In this document: positions 41,801-52,607 of the stretch, one piece after another | Layout of the letters: the number at the start of each line of letters is the position of its first letter | Numbering within the stretch: position 1 is the first letter of the stretch | NCBI GenBank assembly: GCA_964057225.1 | Contig: OZ059898.1 | Coordinates: 16,306,001 to 16,370,000 of the forward strand | Length of the DNA: 64,000 nt | Source: Auanema rhodensis | Lineage: Eukaryota; Animalia; Nematoda | Reading direction: 5' to 3' | Position numbers and translations under genes: made by a program | The notes under the pieces: model-generated | What the model saw: the letters and a program-made list of their open reading frames with translations, nothing else | What the model was told of the DNA's origin: nothing | Database searches by the model: none

Positions 41801-42637
41801 TTTTCTGGGATTACTGTATTTTGAGAATATTTAGAAAATGAATCAAGATGATAGGGGTTCAGAGGATAGTTTGGACAAGTCAAGTCAAGTCAAGTCTTGG
41901 GATTCTACCTAGTATGCCTCTCACGGATTTTAAAATTTTCTGGGATTACTGTATTTTAAGAAATTTTAGAAGATAAATCAAGATGATAGTGGTTCAGAGG
42001 ATAGTTTGGACAAGTCAAATCAAGAACTGGGATCCTACCTAGTATGCCTCTCACGGATTTTAAAATTTTCTGGGATTACTGTATTTTAAGAAATTTTAGA
42101 AGATAAATCAAGATGATAGTGGTTCAGAGGATAGTTTGGACAAGTCAAGTCAAGTCAAGGATTGGGATTCTACCTAGTATGCCTCTCACGGATTTTAAAA
42201 TTTTCTGAGATTACTGTATTTTAAGAAATTTTAGAAGATAAATCAAGATGATAGTGGTTCAGAGGATAGTTTGGACAAGTCAAATCAAGAACTGGGATCC
42301 TACCTAGTATGCCTCTCACGGATTTTAAAATTTTCTGGGATTACTGTATTTTGAGAATATTTAGAAGATAAATCAAGATGATAGTGGTTCAGAGGATAGT
42401 TTGGACAAGTCAAGTCAAGAACTGGGATCCTACCTAGTATGCCTCTCACGGATTTTAAAATTTTCTGGGATTACTGTATTTTAAGAATATTTAGAAGATA
42501 ACTCAAGATGATAGGGGTTCAGAGGATAGTTTGGACAAGTCAAGTCAAGTCAAGGATTGGGATTCTACCTAGTATGCCTCTCACGGATTTTAAAATTTTC
42601 TGAGATTACTGTATTTTAAGAAATTTTAGAAGATAAA
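2881..42637. repeat. Tandem satellite array, 130-bp monomer (variants 129-136 bp), ~305 head-to-tail copies, BamHI site in most copies
   Basis: Consensus ctgggatcctacctagtatgcctctcacggattttaaaattttctgggattactgtattttgagaatatttagaagataaatcaagatgatagtggttcagaggatagtttggacaagtcaa(a/g)tcaag(g/a)a. The 130-bp period is directly visible (e.g. agtcaaggac at 4081 and 4211). The first copy (2881) is degenerate and the array ends abruptly at ~42637. I saw no inversions or foreign insertions. Confidence 0.99.
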
Positions 42638-43969
42638 AGAATAATCTGTAACTTGGTGTTAGTAATAGACATTTAAAGTTTTATAACAACAAACCCGAAT
42701 ATTATCATGCTCGTTTCATATACATAATTGTGCTAGTGTTTATAACTGTTTATGTACAGTTGTAAAGTCTTATAAGTAAAAATAACATATAGATAAACTG
42801 AATTTTCCAGTAGTCATACAAGAGGGTCATGCTGAGATTTAACTGGAAGATATTACGACGCAGCTTCATTTACATACATATATACTTGTTATCGTATTTC
42901 AGATAATGAGGAACAACCTTTGTGCGAGTGCTATTTAGACAATTTCTTCTGTTTTCACTTTGATGGTTTTCTTAAAATGTAAAAAAATCTAGTTAAAAAA
43001 TTAAATTTTATAGAAAAGATATTATAAAAGTTTTTTAAATTATAGGGATTTCGTTGTTTTGCTACATCTTACTGTAGCCTACAATGGATAATAGATGGGT
43101 CACGGGACCTCTTTTCAAAATTATTTTCTGTTTTGTAAAGCATTGCTATGGCATTCACATATATGAAGAATACAAGAATGATAGGAAATCAAAGAAATGG
43201 GGTATTATCAAATTTATTTCTCTCATTCTACACTGATCAAGAATTGTTTAAACTATTATTATTATTATTGTTATTAAGCTAGTATAGTAATCACTCTATG
43301 AAAGAGTTTTCCCAAAACAAAAAATTAGAAAATGGCTTCGCAATCATGATGGTCTGCGTCGGGATCATTTTCGCTTTGTGGTCTTTGTGGTCCATATCAT
43401 AACATTTTCATTCAGAGAAATCAAAGAGAAGTAGAAGGCTCCTAACAATCTGAGATCTACCTGAAATTTATGGGAACAAAGCCCCTGCGAGCCTGTCAAA
43501 AGAACTGGAAAATACCACACTAGAAAGCATAAAATAGGACTCACAATTCGTAGCATAAATTTCCTCTTTGCTACAAGTTCCTGAGATTCTCGTGAAAAAA
43601 AAGTTATCGCAAAACCTAAGCAATCATAACCGCGAGCGTGGTCTACTAACCTTCGTAGACCCTTATTTGTTGAATCTTCATGTTTTGATAAGAGAACGAG
43701 CATCATTTTCCGAACATATTACGTCCATTTTGATTTAAGAGAGAAGAATGGGTTAACAACAAAAATCCTTCGTTTTTTTCAAAAGCAGGGATACACCATT
43801 AAGTGTACCACATCAAACATAGTCTAGGGAATCAATTTATGAAATTGGAAACTTCTCACCCGATATATGAAGACAAACAGCGACAATTAAACGAGGAACA
43901 GGAAAGGTACGTGGTTGAACAAGCCATGGGGAAGCAAGAAGAGCCAGAACGAGGAACAACACTGAAAAT
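42638..43969 (-). ncRNA. Putative stress-inducible long non-coding transcript, unique 5' region (may continue through the satellite)
   Basis: Inferred from the promoter only. The first ATG (43927) opens a 23-codon ORF, MACSTTYLSCSSFNCRCLSSYIG*. I found no recognisable spliced protein. There is a minus-strand AATAAA at 43218-43213 and several short stem-loops. No transcript evidence is available. Confidence 0.4.
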
Positions 43970-44162
43970 GATGTTGACGCTACGCGTCCTCCTTATATAC
44001 TGCCACTCTAGCTCCGCCTCCTCGTGACAGCATAGAGACAACATCAGTGAAGTGAGCAGAGGCACTAGCGACATAAAGACTATAGGACGCGCAGAGGTAT
44101 TCAGACTGCTAGAAAACCGCTTCGCGAACCTTCTGGACGCTTCTATCGATTGTTCCGCCCAC
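43969..44162 (-). promoter_or_regulatory. Heat-shock-type Pol II promoter on the minus strand: GC box - HSE - GC box - TATA - Inr
   Basis: HSE 44120-44144 = cTTCg cGAAc cTTCt gGAcg cTTCt, five alternating nGAAn units in exact 5-bp register with one mismatch. Sp1-like boxes TCCGCCCA at 44154-44161 and CTCCGCCTCC at 44012-44021. TATA GTATATAAG on the minus strand at 44000-43992. Initiator TCATT with its A at 43969, 30 nt downstream of the first T of the TATA box. The segment is locally GC/CpG-richer than its flanks. Confidence 0.75.
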
Positions 44163-45233
44163 TGAAGGTTGTGTTAGATTTCGAATGAAAACGAAACATT
44201 CTTTCGACAAATAGCTTATCGAATAGAAGAATTTTGAAATTTGCAGCAGAAATAGAATTCTTCGTTATAAATCATCATAGATTGGGAAACGTATTTCGAA
44301 ATAAAAAAAAAAAAAGAAATTGTTAACCAAAGGATTGATTTGAACTTTTTCGAAAGTAAAGGGATCGTAACAGTTGAATATATTTAATATTAGTTATTTT
44401 ATAAAATTATAACTAACTAAAAATATTCAAAATTTCGAAACTACTCAGGGTTTTGTTGTTTATGAGTAGATTCTAATGTTTGAACATATTGCTTAGCAAC
44501 GAAATATATATGTCGAGTATACCTACATGCATAGATGTTCACCAAAATGATCAATAATCTTTCGTATTTGCATGAAATTACTTCTTTTTTCAAAATATTG
44601 TTTTAGTATAATAATATAATAAAACTGAAAAAAGTAATATTCTGAAGAAAAAGAATGGAAAAGCAGGTTGATGAGTTGGCTATTACACATAGTTACATAC
44701 AGTTATTAGCATCTTTTTAAATGTATGTTGTGATGAAAATTAATATTTAAACTATTTTCAAAATACGATAGTTGTTTTCAAATTTATTTTTGTAGAAAAT
44801 AGTATTATGGTTTTTAAAAATGTATTTTGCTTTTGCACCTTTCTGTCATCGTGCAAGACTCAAAAAAACATAATAATTTTTATCATTTTTAGTTCATTTT
44901 TTAAGAAAAAAATATGATTATAATAGGTTTTTATATAAATATTATTAATAATTTCATTTTAAAGGTAGAATGTTTTGTATATTTAAACAGTAACATTAGA
45001 ATATAAGGTGGTATATGAGATGATTTTGCTGAAAAAAAGAAGAAAAGTAGAAAACGGAAATTGTTAAAAGTTTATTTTCAATTTCATTAATTCACAAATC
45101 TTCAACTTACATGATAATAAGCAATAGAAAGTAAGCAAAGAGTTCCCGTATTTCGCACGACAGTTAAACATAAGTTTTCGAGCAAGGTGATATTGTATAA
45201 TACATAAAGCCATTATAATATTTTAATAAATAT

Positions 45234-47126
45234 TCAATGTAATTCATCGTAAGCTGTGTCGACAGATGGAGGTGGAGCACGTTTGGTGGCTTTGGAAGAC
45301 ATTTCTATGAGTTCAGCTTTCTAAACAAATTCTACAAATTTCGAGGTTCTATTAGCTCTTTGCTAACTCGTTTGTTACAGTAGAAAGTATCCTTAATACA
45401 TTGTCGGAATCGAACAGATAAGAATGCATATAGAAATGGATTTAATGCAGAATTTAAAAATAAGAACAGAAATCCTGTTGGTTGAAGTATAGTTTGAAGA
45501 CAATTTAAGCATCTTGGAGCTGAAAGAAGAATTAAATGTGTGTTTCTTCAAAAGTTTCTTCTTTTTCTTAGTAGGAAAGATGAATTTAACTGCTACGAAG
45601 AATATGTCGTTCAATATATCTTGAAAGACAATATGAAATCACCTGTTGGATCACGCCAAACACTCCACATCAAATAGACATAACGTGGAAGAGAACAAAG
45701 GGCAAATGAGGACACTATTCCCAATGCTAATCTCCCAACTTTTCTTCTTTTTTCAATTGAAACTCCTCCAGATGTAGAATCTTAAATATATTAATAAGTT
45801 TAGAACTCCAATCTAATAGATTTTCAATGCAGTTTTGGTACAAACCTAATCTGCTATCATTACTACCTTTTGGTAATAATTTATTCCCTTTGATTGAAGA
45901 TTGACTGATATCAGCAGCTCGACTTACAACTATTCCGATAGTTGCATATATACAAAGAAGAGCTAAAAGTGGTATAGCATACCTGGAATAAAATAGTATT
46001 TTTCTTTAAAAAGAATAAATAATCTTAATACCAAACAACAAAGTTTACAGTGGTTACCACCTTTAATACATTAATATCGTTTATTACAATATGACGTCTT
46101 GTACAAATCTGAAATGAAAAAGTTATTTTTCATTTAAAATATGCATAAAACCGCAAATGTTTCTTTTCCGTCATGAAATTCCATATGTTGTGAAGCAAAA
46201 TAATATGGTAGATTCATCAAAGCACTACCTTAAAGGAATATTTTCTAATAAATTTAAAGAAAATGTATATATCTTATACCTGTCCAAACAACTAAAGATG
46301 ATGATACAAGAACTTTTCTTTGAAATACTCTTCGAACTCGTAATGGTCTCAGAACAGCAACTAATCGTTCCACTGAAACCAAGACCTGAAACAATAATTT
46401 TGATAGGATAATTGACTGAAAAATCATTTTGTTTTACCAAGATTCCAGCTGAAACATTAGGAATTAGATGTAATGTGTAGATATATGTATAACATAAAAA
46501 TTTCCCAAACACCCAATGCCCATGATCTGAAACAAAAAATGAAAAGATGTTGCAAATTTTCTGAAAATTATTACCTAATAACACAAAATGTGCTCCGTTT
46601 TGAAGAACACAAAATATTGCAACTAATAGATCTGCCACTGTCAGATTAGCTAAAAAGAAGTTGGGAACTGATCTTGCTCTTCGTTGAGAAATAAAAACGA
46701 CCAGAATAACAGCATTTCCTAAAATTTCATCTTACTCTATTCTACCCGTATTATTACAAAAATTTCAAGTAAGTTTTTTCCTGTTAAGGAAATTCAATTT
46801 GTTTTATGAAGCTTTCACGTTTACGCTTGATTCAGCAGAATATTTTCAATTTTTTTTAGCAAAAATTGTATTGAGCTACCAACCAGAAATCATATAATGT
46901 ATCTTTGATCAAACATTAATCTCGTTATTTTTTTAAGTGGAAAGAGAAATTATCTACTTGACAAATTAAAAATATAAATTATATTGAAGCATCTTAATTT
47001 ATTAATTTTAATTAAATTTCAAACATTCTTACCAATGGTTGCTGTCAGGAAAACGGTCACATATGCCAAGAATAAGATTGAATGAATAACAGGATGACTT
47101 AGAGGACTTTCCTCGGAAGAATTCAT
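45234..47126 (-). CDS. Rhodopsin-class neuropeptide GPCR, Trissin-receptor-like, 10 exons
   Basis: Exons (minus) 47126-47033, 46718-46575, 46526-46438, 46385-46280, 46228-46152, 46108-46032, 45982-45846, 45780-45643, 45519-45368, 45320-45234(TGA), all GT-AG and in frame. Motifs: TM1 GN, TM2 NFFLANLTVADLLVAIFCVLQN, WVFGKFLC, ERL in place of DRY, TM4 W..S...NLP, TM5 WYAIPLL...Y, TM6 FALCSLP, TM7 NSALNPFLYAFLS.RFR. The Trissin-receptor call rests on recalled similarity (FCVxQN, FALCxLP, NPxLYAFLS) and is less certain than the GPCR call. Confidence 0.9.
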
Positions 47127-47745
47127 TTCGTTTTAGCAGCTAAATACTCCAAATTATGTAATGGAGTATGTAGTAGTATGGATATGAAAGTCAGATGTTT
47201 GGGAACTATTTTGGCAATTTTAACTAACGAAGAAACTGAAAGTGAAGAGTTTTGAAAACAAAAAAAAAGAGAAAGAAGCAAATGAAAAATAAAATATAGT
47301 AATATATAATATAGAAAAAAGAAAATAAGACACTATTAATTTTTAGATTTTAAGGTATAATTTGAAGAAAACTGAAAAAAAAAATGAAAAATTTTGAAAA
47401 CAACAAAGTAAATTAAAAAAAAAGAATAAAATACTTTGATATATAATTTATAAGTTAAAAAACTATATAAATTATACTTGAAATAATAAAAATGTATTTG
47501 TTTTTATAAATATAAATGGAACAGATAATCTTATAATCTGTTATAATCTTAATTTTTTCAATAGTAAAATAACTTAGTGATATGAACAGTAAAATTATAA
47601 AAATAGTCTGATAAAACGTTTGGTAAAGAGAGATTACAAAGATAGAAATGCATATATACATATGTACGTATATAATAATAAAATGTATCAACTATATGAT
47701 ATAATCAAGAAAAATAGTGTTAAGGTTATTGGATGTATGAAGAAG

Positions 47746-47812
47746 GAGAGAGAGAGAGAGAGCGAGAGAAAAAGAGAGAGAGCGAGAGAGAGAGAGGGGG
47801 GGGAGAGGGAGA
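47746..47812 (+). repeat. (GA)n microsatellite with G-run, upstream of the GPCR
   Basis: gagagagagagagagagcgagagaaaaagagagagagcgagagagagagagggggggagagggaga seen directly. Confidence 0.9.
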
Positions 47813-50800
47813 ATTAGAGTTACCAGTCAAAGTGCTGCTGAACAGTACTTCAGAATATGTTCATTGGATGTGATTGAAATAGAAAAAAAGAAAAATTTGC
47901 AAGAAAGAGAGGAGGAGTGAGAAGGTATAAGATGTGGCTTAGTGAGAAAGAAAGCAGGAAGAAAAGGAAGTGGAGAAAGTGGTAGAGAGGAAGAAAAAAA
48001 GCAGAATGAAAGAAAGAGTAAAGTAAGGTATATGATACTGAGAAGAGACAATGATGTTTACTTTTTAGAAGCAGTAGTCGTAGTGACCACTTGAGTTATT
48101 TCCCACCTATGTATGTATGTATATATTACAACATCATCTCAAACTCGTGATTCTTTGCTCTGTTTGACAGGAATTGAAAAAGTTTAAATTTTCATGGAAA
48201 ATATATTAAATTGCAAAAAGCAATATTCACAAAGCTTCCTCTATTTAAGTTGATTCTTCTTACCGAGCAAGGTCACAGGACATGCTGGCCGAGAATTAAA
48301 ATTGAAAAATACGATATAATTAAGAAATTATTTGAGCTTCAAAAAAAAGTTTCATTTTGTTTAAATAGAAGAGTTGAAAAGAAAAAAAAGAACTTTTATA
48401 TAAAATTATTTTAAATTTAAAATCAAAACCATAAAAGAAGATTTTATTATTATTATACTAAAAGATTAATACAAAATGTTAAAACTGGAATTATTGTGAA
48501 GAAGTTTAGAGAATGATTCATGTAAAGTAAAAATTAAAACCATTCCCCTCTACTATTCTAATATATAATAACTATATTTATAGAAATTTAATAATAGGAT
48601 AATATGTATATATTAAAAATTCAATACAACTTTTTCAAAATTATAAGAGTTTTTCTATTCGATATAATATATTTCTAAATAATTAAGACAAGACAAGATA
48701 AAGTTTCAAAATATACGAAAATTTTATTTTAAAAAATTGCCAAATTTATTTTAAAAAAAAACAGATTTTTGTCACTTTTTTTATAATACTATGACTATAA
48801 CAAGCATTCTAGAAATTAAGAATATTTAAATTAAACTTGAAAGTTTTCGAATTCATTTTCGAAAAATGTCCTCAACGGATGATTTTCAAAAAAATCTGTC
48901 AAGATAAAGCTTGTAATATTGACCCTACTAGAGATATTTGGAATGCAAGCATTTCTGCAAACTTTGTGCGTCATCAACTCCACCGGATATGAGTTGAGCA
49001 TGATATTACTTCGAAGATAAATTTTTAGTTATTTAGCGTTGTTAGAAACCAATATAGTTGAGCAGACGACAAAATTACATGCTTCAAAAGGTTTTGAGAC
49101 CGACTTTGGTCACTCATGGATCATTCAATTTTTGAAAAATTTTTAAAAATTACCTATTATAATATATATATATATATTATATATTATATATATATATATT
49201 TTATAAAGTATATGAGGTGAAATTATGTATGAGATGTGCAAATATCGCATCAATTTCTTAGTTATGCATATCTTGCTTAGAATTCAACGATTTTTTTCCC
49301 GACACAACCATGATTTTGGTTTTCTAGTTGAGGAAAGAACGAGCTAAGTTCAAAGCTAAATTGGAAATTAACAAAGACAAAAGATCGCATAATGAAAATA
49401 CGAATGGAATTCGTTAGAATATACAGTCAAAGAAACTATTTGATTGAATGATAAAATGATTTCTAACCTAATTACTTGATAAAGATGAAAAAGAAATAAG
49501 TTTGAAATTTGATTATAGCATAGAATATAGAAAAATTTGAACTAAAGTAATCTTTCATCAAATAATATATTTATAATTAAATAAATATTCATCATATTCA
49601 AGTATTGTAATAAATCTTTAAAATTTGAAAAACAGAAAAAGACAAAGCAGATATTGGGAACCATGGTACACAATAAGCTGAAGAAAAAGTTCAAAAATGA
49701 AAAAAAATTGAATTATAATGAATCTGGATGAAAGAAAAAGATTCAAAGAAAAAGATTCAACGAAACAACTAAAGAATTGAAAATATCATTTGTATCCTCT
49801 CTTTCTCTCTTCCTATGTATGTTTAACTCTCTCTCTCTTCGTCTATTCTTATTTCTCTCTGTTATTTTCATTCATTTTCTTTTTTTTTTCCATACCTTTA
49901 TTTATCGACATAAATATATGTAAACCAATAAGCATTATGAACCTATTGGTAAATCTAAATTAAGCTGCTCTAATAACATTCGAGTGTATGTTTCTTAGAG
50001 TTAATAAAAAAGCAATTTTTGGAAAATTTTGTATAATCTTTTCAATAATTTTATAATCTAGAGTACAATTATTGTTAATCAGTAGTTTAGTTTTTAAAAT
50101 AAATCAATTTATTGGATTTAAAAGACAGAAATACTTTTTTTTTCTAAAAAAAATGTGATATATAGAAATTCTTTGTCTATCAATGTTTTCATGTTGTTTA
50201 ATTAGAAAATTTTCGTTTTAAGCACATTGTCATTACTGAAAAATGAAAATAGATCAAAGCATTTAGTTAGTATTCAGATAACAGATACAATAAATTGCAA
50301 GATCAAAAGTGCAACTTCTTTACTAGTGTCGACAAAGGAAAATGAACCTTCTAGCTCACGTGCTACACACGTAAACTATAACATATGATCAGATAATGAA
50401 TATTTCGTATATACATATGTATATAACCGTGAGAAAATATATATAAACTAGAAAAGTGATGAGAATAGCATAAGCTTTACCTGGGGTAAGGTTCGGATTT
50501 CTGCCTAAACTTCAGTGATCATCTCAACGGGGGGGAGGGGGTAGAGTTCAATTTGTAGTTTTCATTTCAGCATTGATGTTCAAAAACTCTGTGGAGCAAT
50601 GAATAGCAGGACAAATGTGATGAAAACAGCACACATTCAAGTTGTCCAAAAATGAAAAAACTCGTCGAATGAAAATTAGAAACATTGAGTATTATTCTGT
50701 ATAGCTAAAACATAAACTTTTATACTTAACGATTGAAATAAAAGTTTTAAAGTACTTCAATTTACAAATAAAATATAAATAAATAAATATATATATATAT

Positions 50801-52595
50801 ATATATATATAATATTTTTTTACAATTTATTTTTCAAAAGAAAAAAAAAAGTTTATATAAATTATTTCCGTGCACATATAATAATTGAAAAATCATATAT
50901 ATATTTTGAATAATAAAAATAATTCAAATAAATTTTTCCCATAATATACAAAATATATACAAAATTTAATTTATTAAATTAATTAATTGTGGCTCAGTGA
51001 ATTCGTGTAAAGTTAAAACTCATGATCTTTTCGATATATAATATCAAAAATAACAAAAATATATAAAAATAGTATAATAAAAATAGAGAATAAATATAAT
51101 AATACAACTCAGATTCAATTCAAATAGTTTGTAAAGAAATTATAATTTATATATAATATATTATATAAAATGTACTAACCTTTAACATAAAATAAAAGTA
51201 AAATAAGTACAAATTAATATATTTTTATAAATTAAAAAAAAAGAATATAAATAGGAAAAGTATGTGAATTGAAGCATATGGCAATCATTTGAGCAGTTAC
51301 TAATAAGAAAAAGAGTTTATGTACTACCTTTCGATTTTCCGTTTAAATGACACCTTTAATGTTGAAATATTTCAAGGGAAGTGAGAAAAACGTTGAACCT
51401 AGGCTGATTCAATATTTTCTTTCTCAAATGCTCAAAAAAAATTATATTTTTGTCTGATAAACTCTCTCATATAACTAGAAATGGTAAAATTGGCAATTAC
51501 TTACCTACTAATAGAGGGGGGAGGGGAAAGACGGGTTTGTGTCTTTTACAGCTTCAATACAACATAGTAATTTTGAGAAGTTTGAAAATAGCTAGTTATA
51601 TAAATTTATATATATATATATATATATATGCATATATCTATGTATATGTATATGTTATATAAAAATAACATTCTACTAGGTTGTTATGCATCAGCTCTTT
51701 GGTGATGTTTTAATACTCACACTTGCTTTATTCAACAACTGAATTTGGAATTCAGAGACTTTGTATTATTTAATCTGAACCATCAATTGAAGTTTATGTT
51801 TACATAAGATGACAATAACAAACATATAGTTAAAGAATTCTTAATTATATATTATAATTAAAATTATATTAATAAATAATAATATTACAATGTATAATAT
51901 TATTTTAATATTCATATTTATCTATTTTTCATAAGAAAATTCAAAGAATAAGTGAGGCTCCTTGTTAATTCATTCAGTGTTAATCTTCATTATAATTTTA
52001 CTTTCGTACTTGAAATCTTGGAAGAGTATCCAGATGTTGCCAAGGTATTTAGAAATAGATTAAGGGTTGAAGATAGAAAAGATGTAATTTTGTCGCAGAA
52101 ATTGTTGTACTTTTTTATTCTTGTAAAGAGAAAAACAATTAGTCTTCTTGAAGCTAGTCATTTAGTGATCTCTACGAGTACAAACTCAAACTCTTCTTTA
52201 TCTTTTACAAATTTTTATGAAATTAAATATCAAAATTGAAGAAAAGCTAATAATAGAAGATATTTGCTCTTATTAAATGAATATTAACATTGAAATATTA
52301 TAAGCGTGTAAGTACAAAAGGTTATCTTTATAAATAAATTTTAGTTTTCAAATAAAATTTCAAATTAATCATTCATGTAACCTATCCCAAAGAAATGAAA
52401 ACAATATTACAATTTATCATTTATGAATAAAAAATTATAAATTTAAGCTTTTTGGATGATATAGAAGCAATTATTCATTACTTTTAAAATGTAGAATGAG
52501 CTATTTCAAATCTGATGTCGTTCTGAGACTCACGAAATGTGTGGGCAATGCTGAATTGAGGAAATAAGATACGGAAAGATGGAAGATGAACAGAC

Positions 52596-52607
52596 AATGA
52601 CGTCATT
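52596..52607. promoter_or_regulatory. Perfect CRE/ATF palindrome
   Basis: AATGACGTCATT, a 12-bp palindrome containing TGACGTCA. Function is untested. Confidence 0.35.

Noticed and set aside
2881-42637. CRISPR array or tandem RNA-gene cluster (5S, SL, tRNA, snRNA)
   Set aside because: The context is eukaryotic, there are no unique spacers, no SL1 leader (GGTTTAATTACCCAAGTTTGAG), and no recognisable 5S or tRNA features.
2881-42637. Heat-shock elements within the monomer itself
   Set aside because: gagaatatttagaag and similar stretches are out of the 5-bp nGAAn register. The consensus has no canonical three-unit HSE.
2881-42637. Identity with the Ascaris ~120-bp eliminated satellite, or a telomere/elimination boundary
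   Set aside because: The unit is 130 bp, the compact gene structure is unlike Ascaris, I recognise no sequence match, and no (TTAGGC)n tract was seen.
2881-42637. Exon-intron parse of the monomer on the minus strand (donors GTAGG, GTGAG, GTAAT)
   Set aside because: The combinations I tried gave non-triplet exons (89 or 40 nt), implausibly short introns or a 24-nt AT-rich exon. They are much less coherent than the + strand parse.
43611-43622. CCTAAGC as a telomerase RNA template
   Set aside because: Only a 7-nt match, and on the strand opposite to the predicted transcript. Expected by chance.
43365-44074. ORFs 43365-43706(-), 43803-44027(+) and 43856-44074(-) as protein genes
   Set aside because: No recognisable domain or consistent splice model. 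Two of them overlap the promoter elements.
50408-50425. 18-bp palindrome TATATACATATGTATATA
   Set aside because: Low-complexity TA sequence, which forms palindromes readily by chance.
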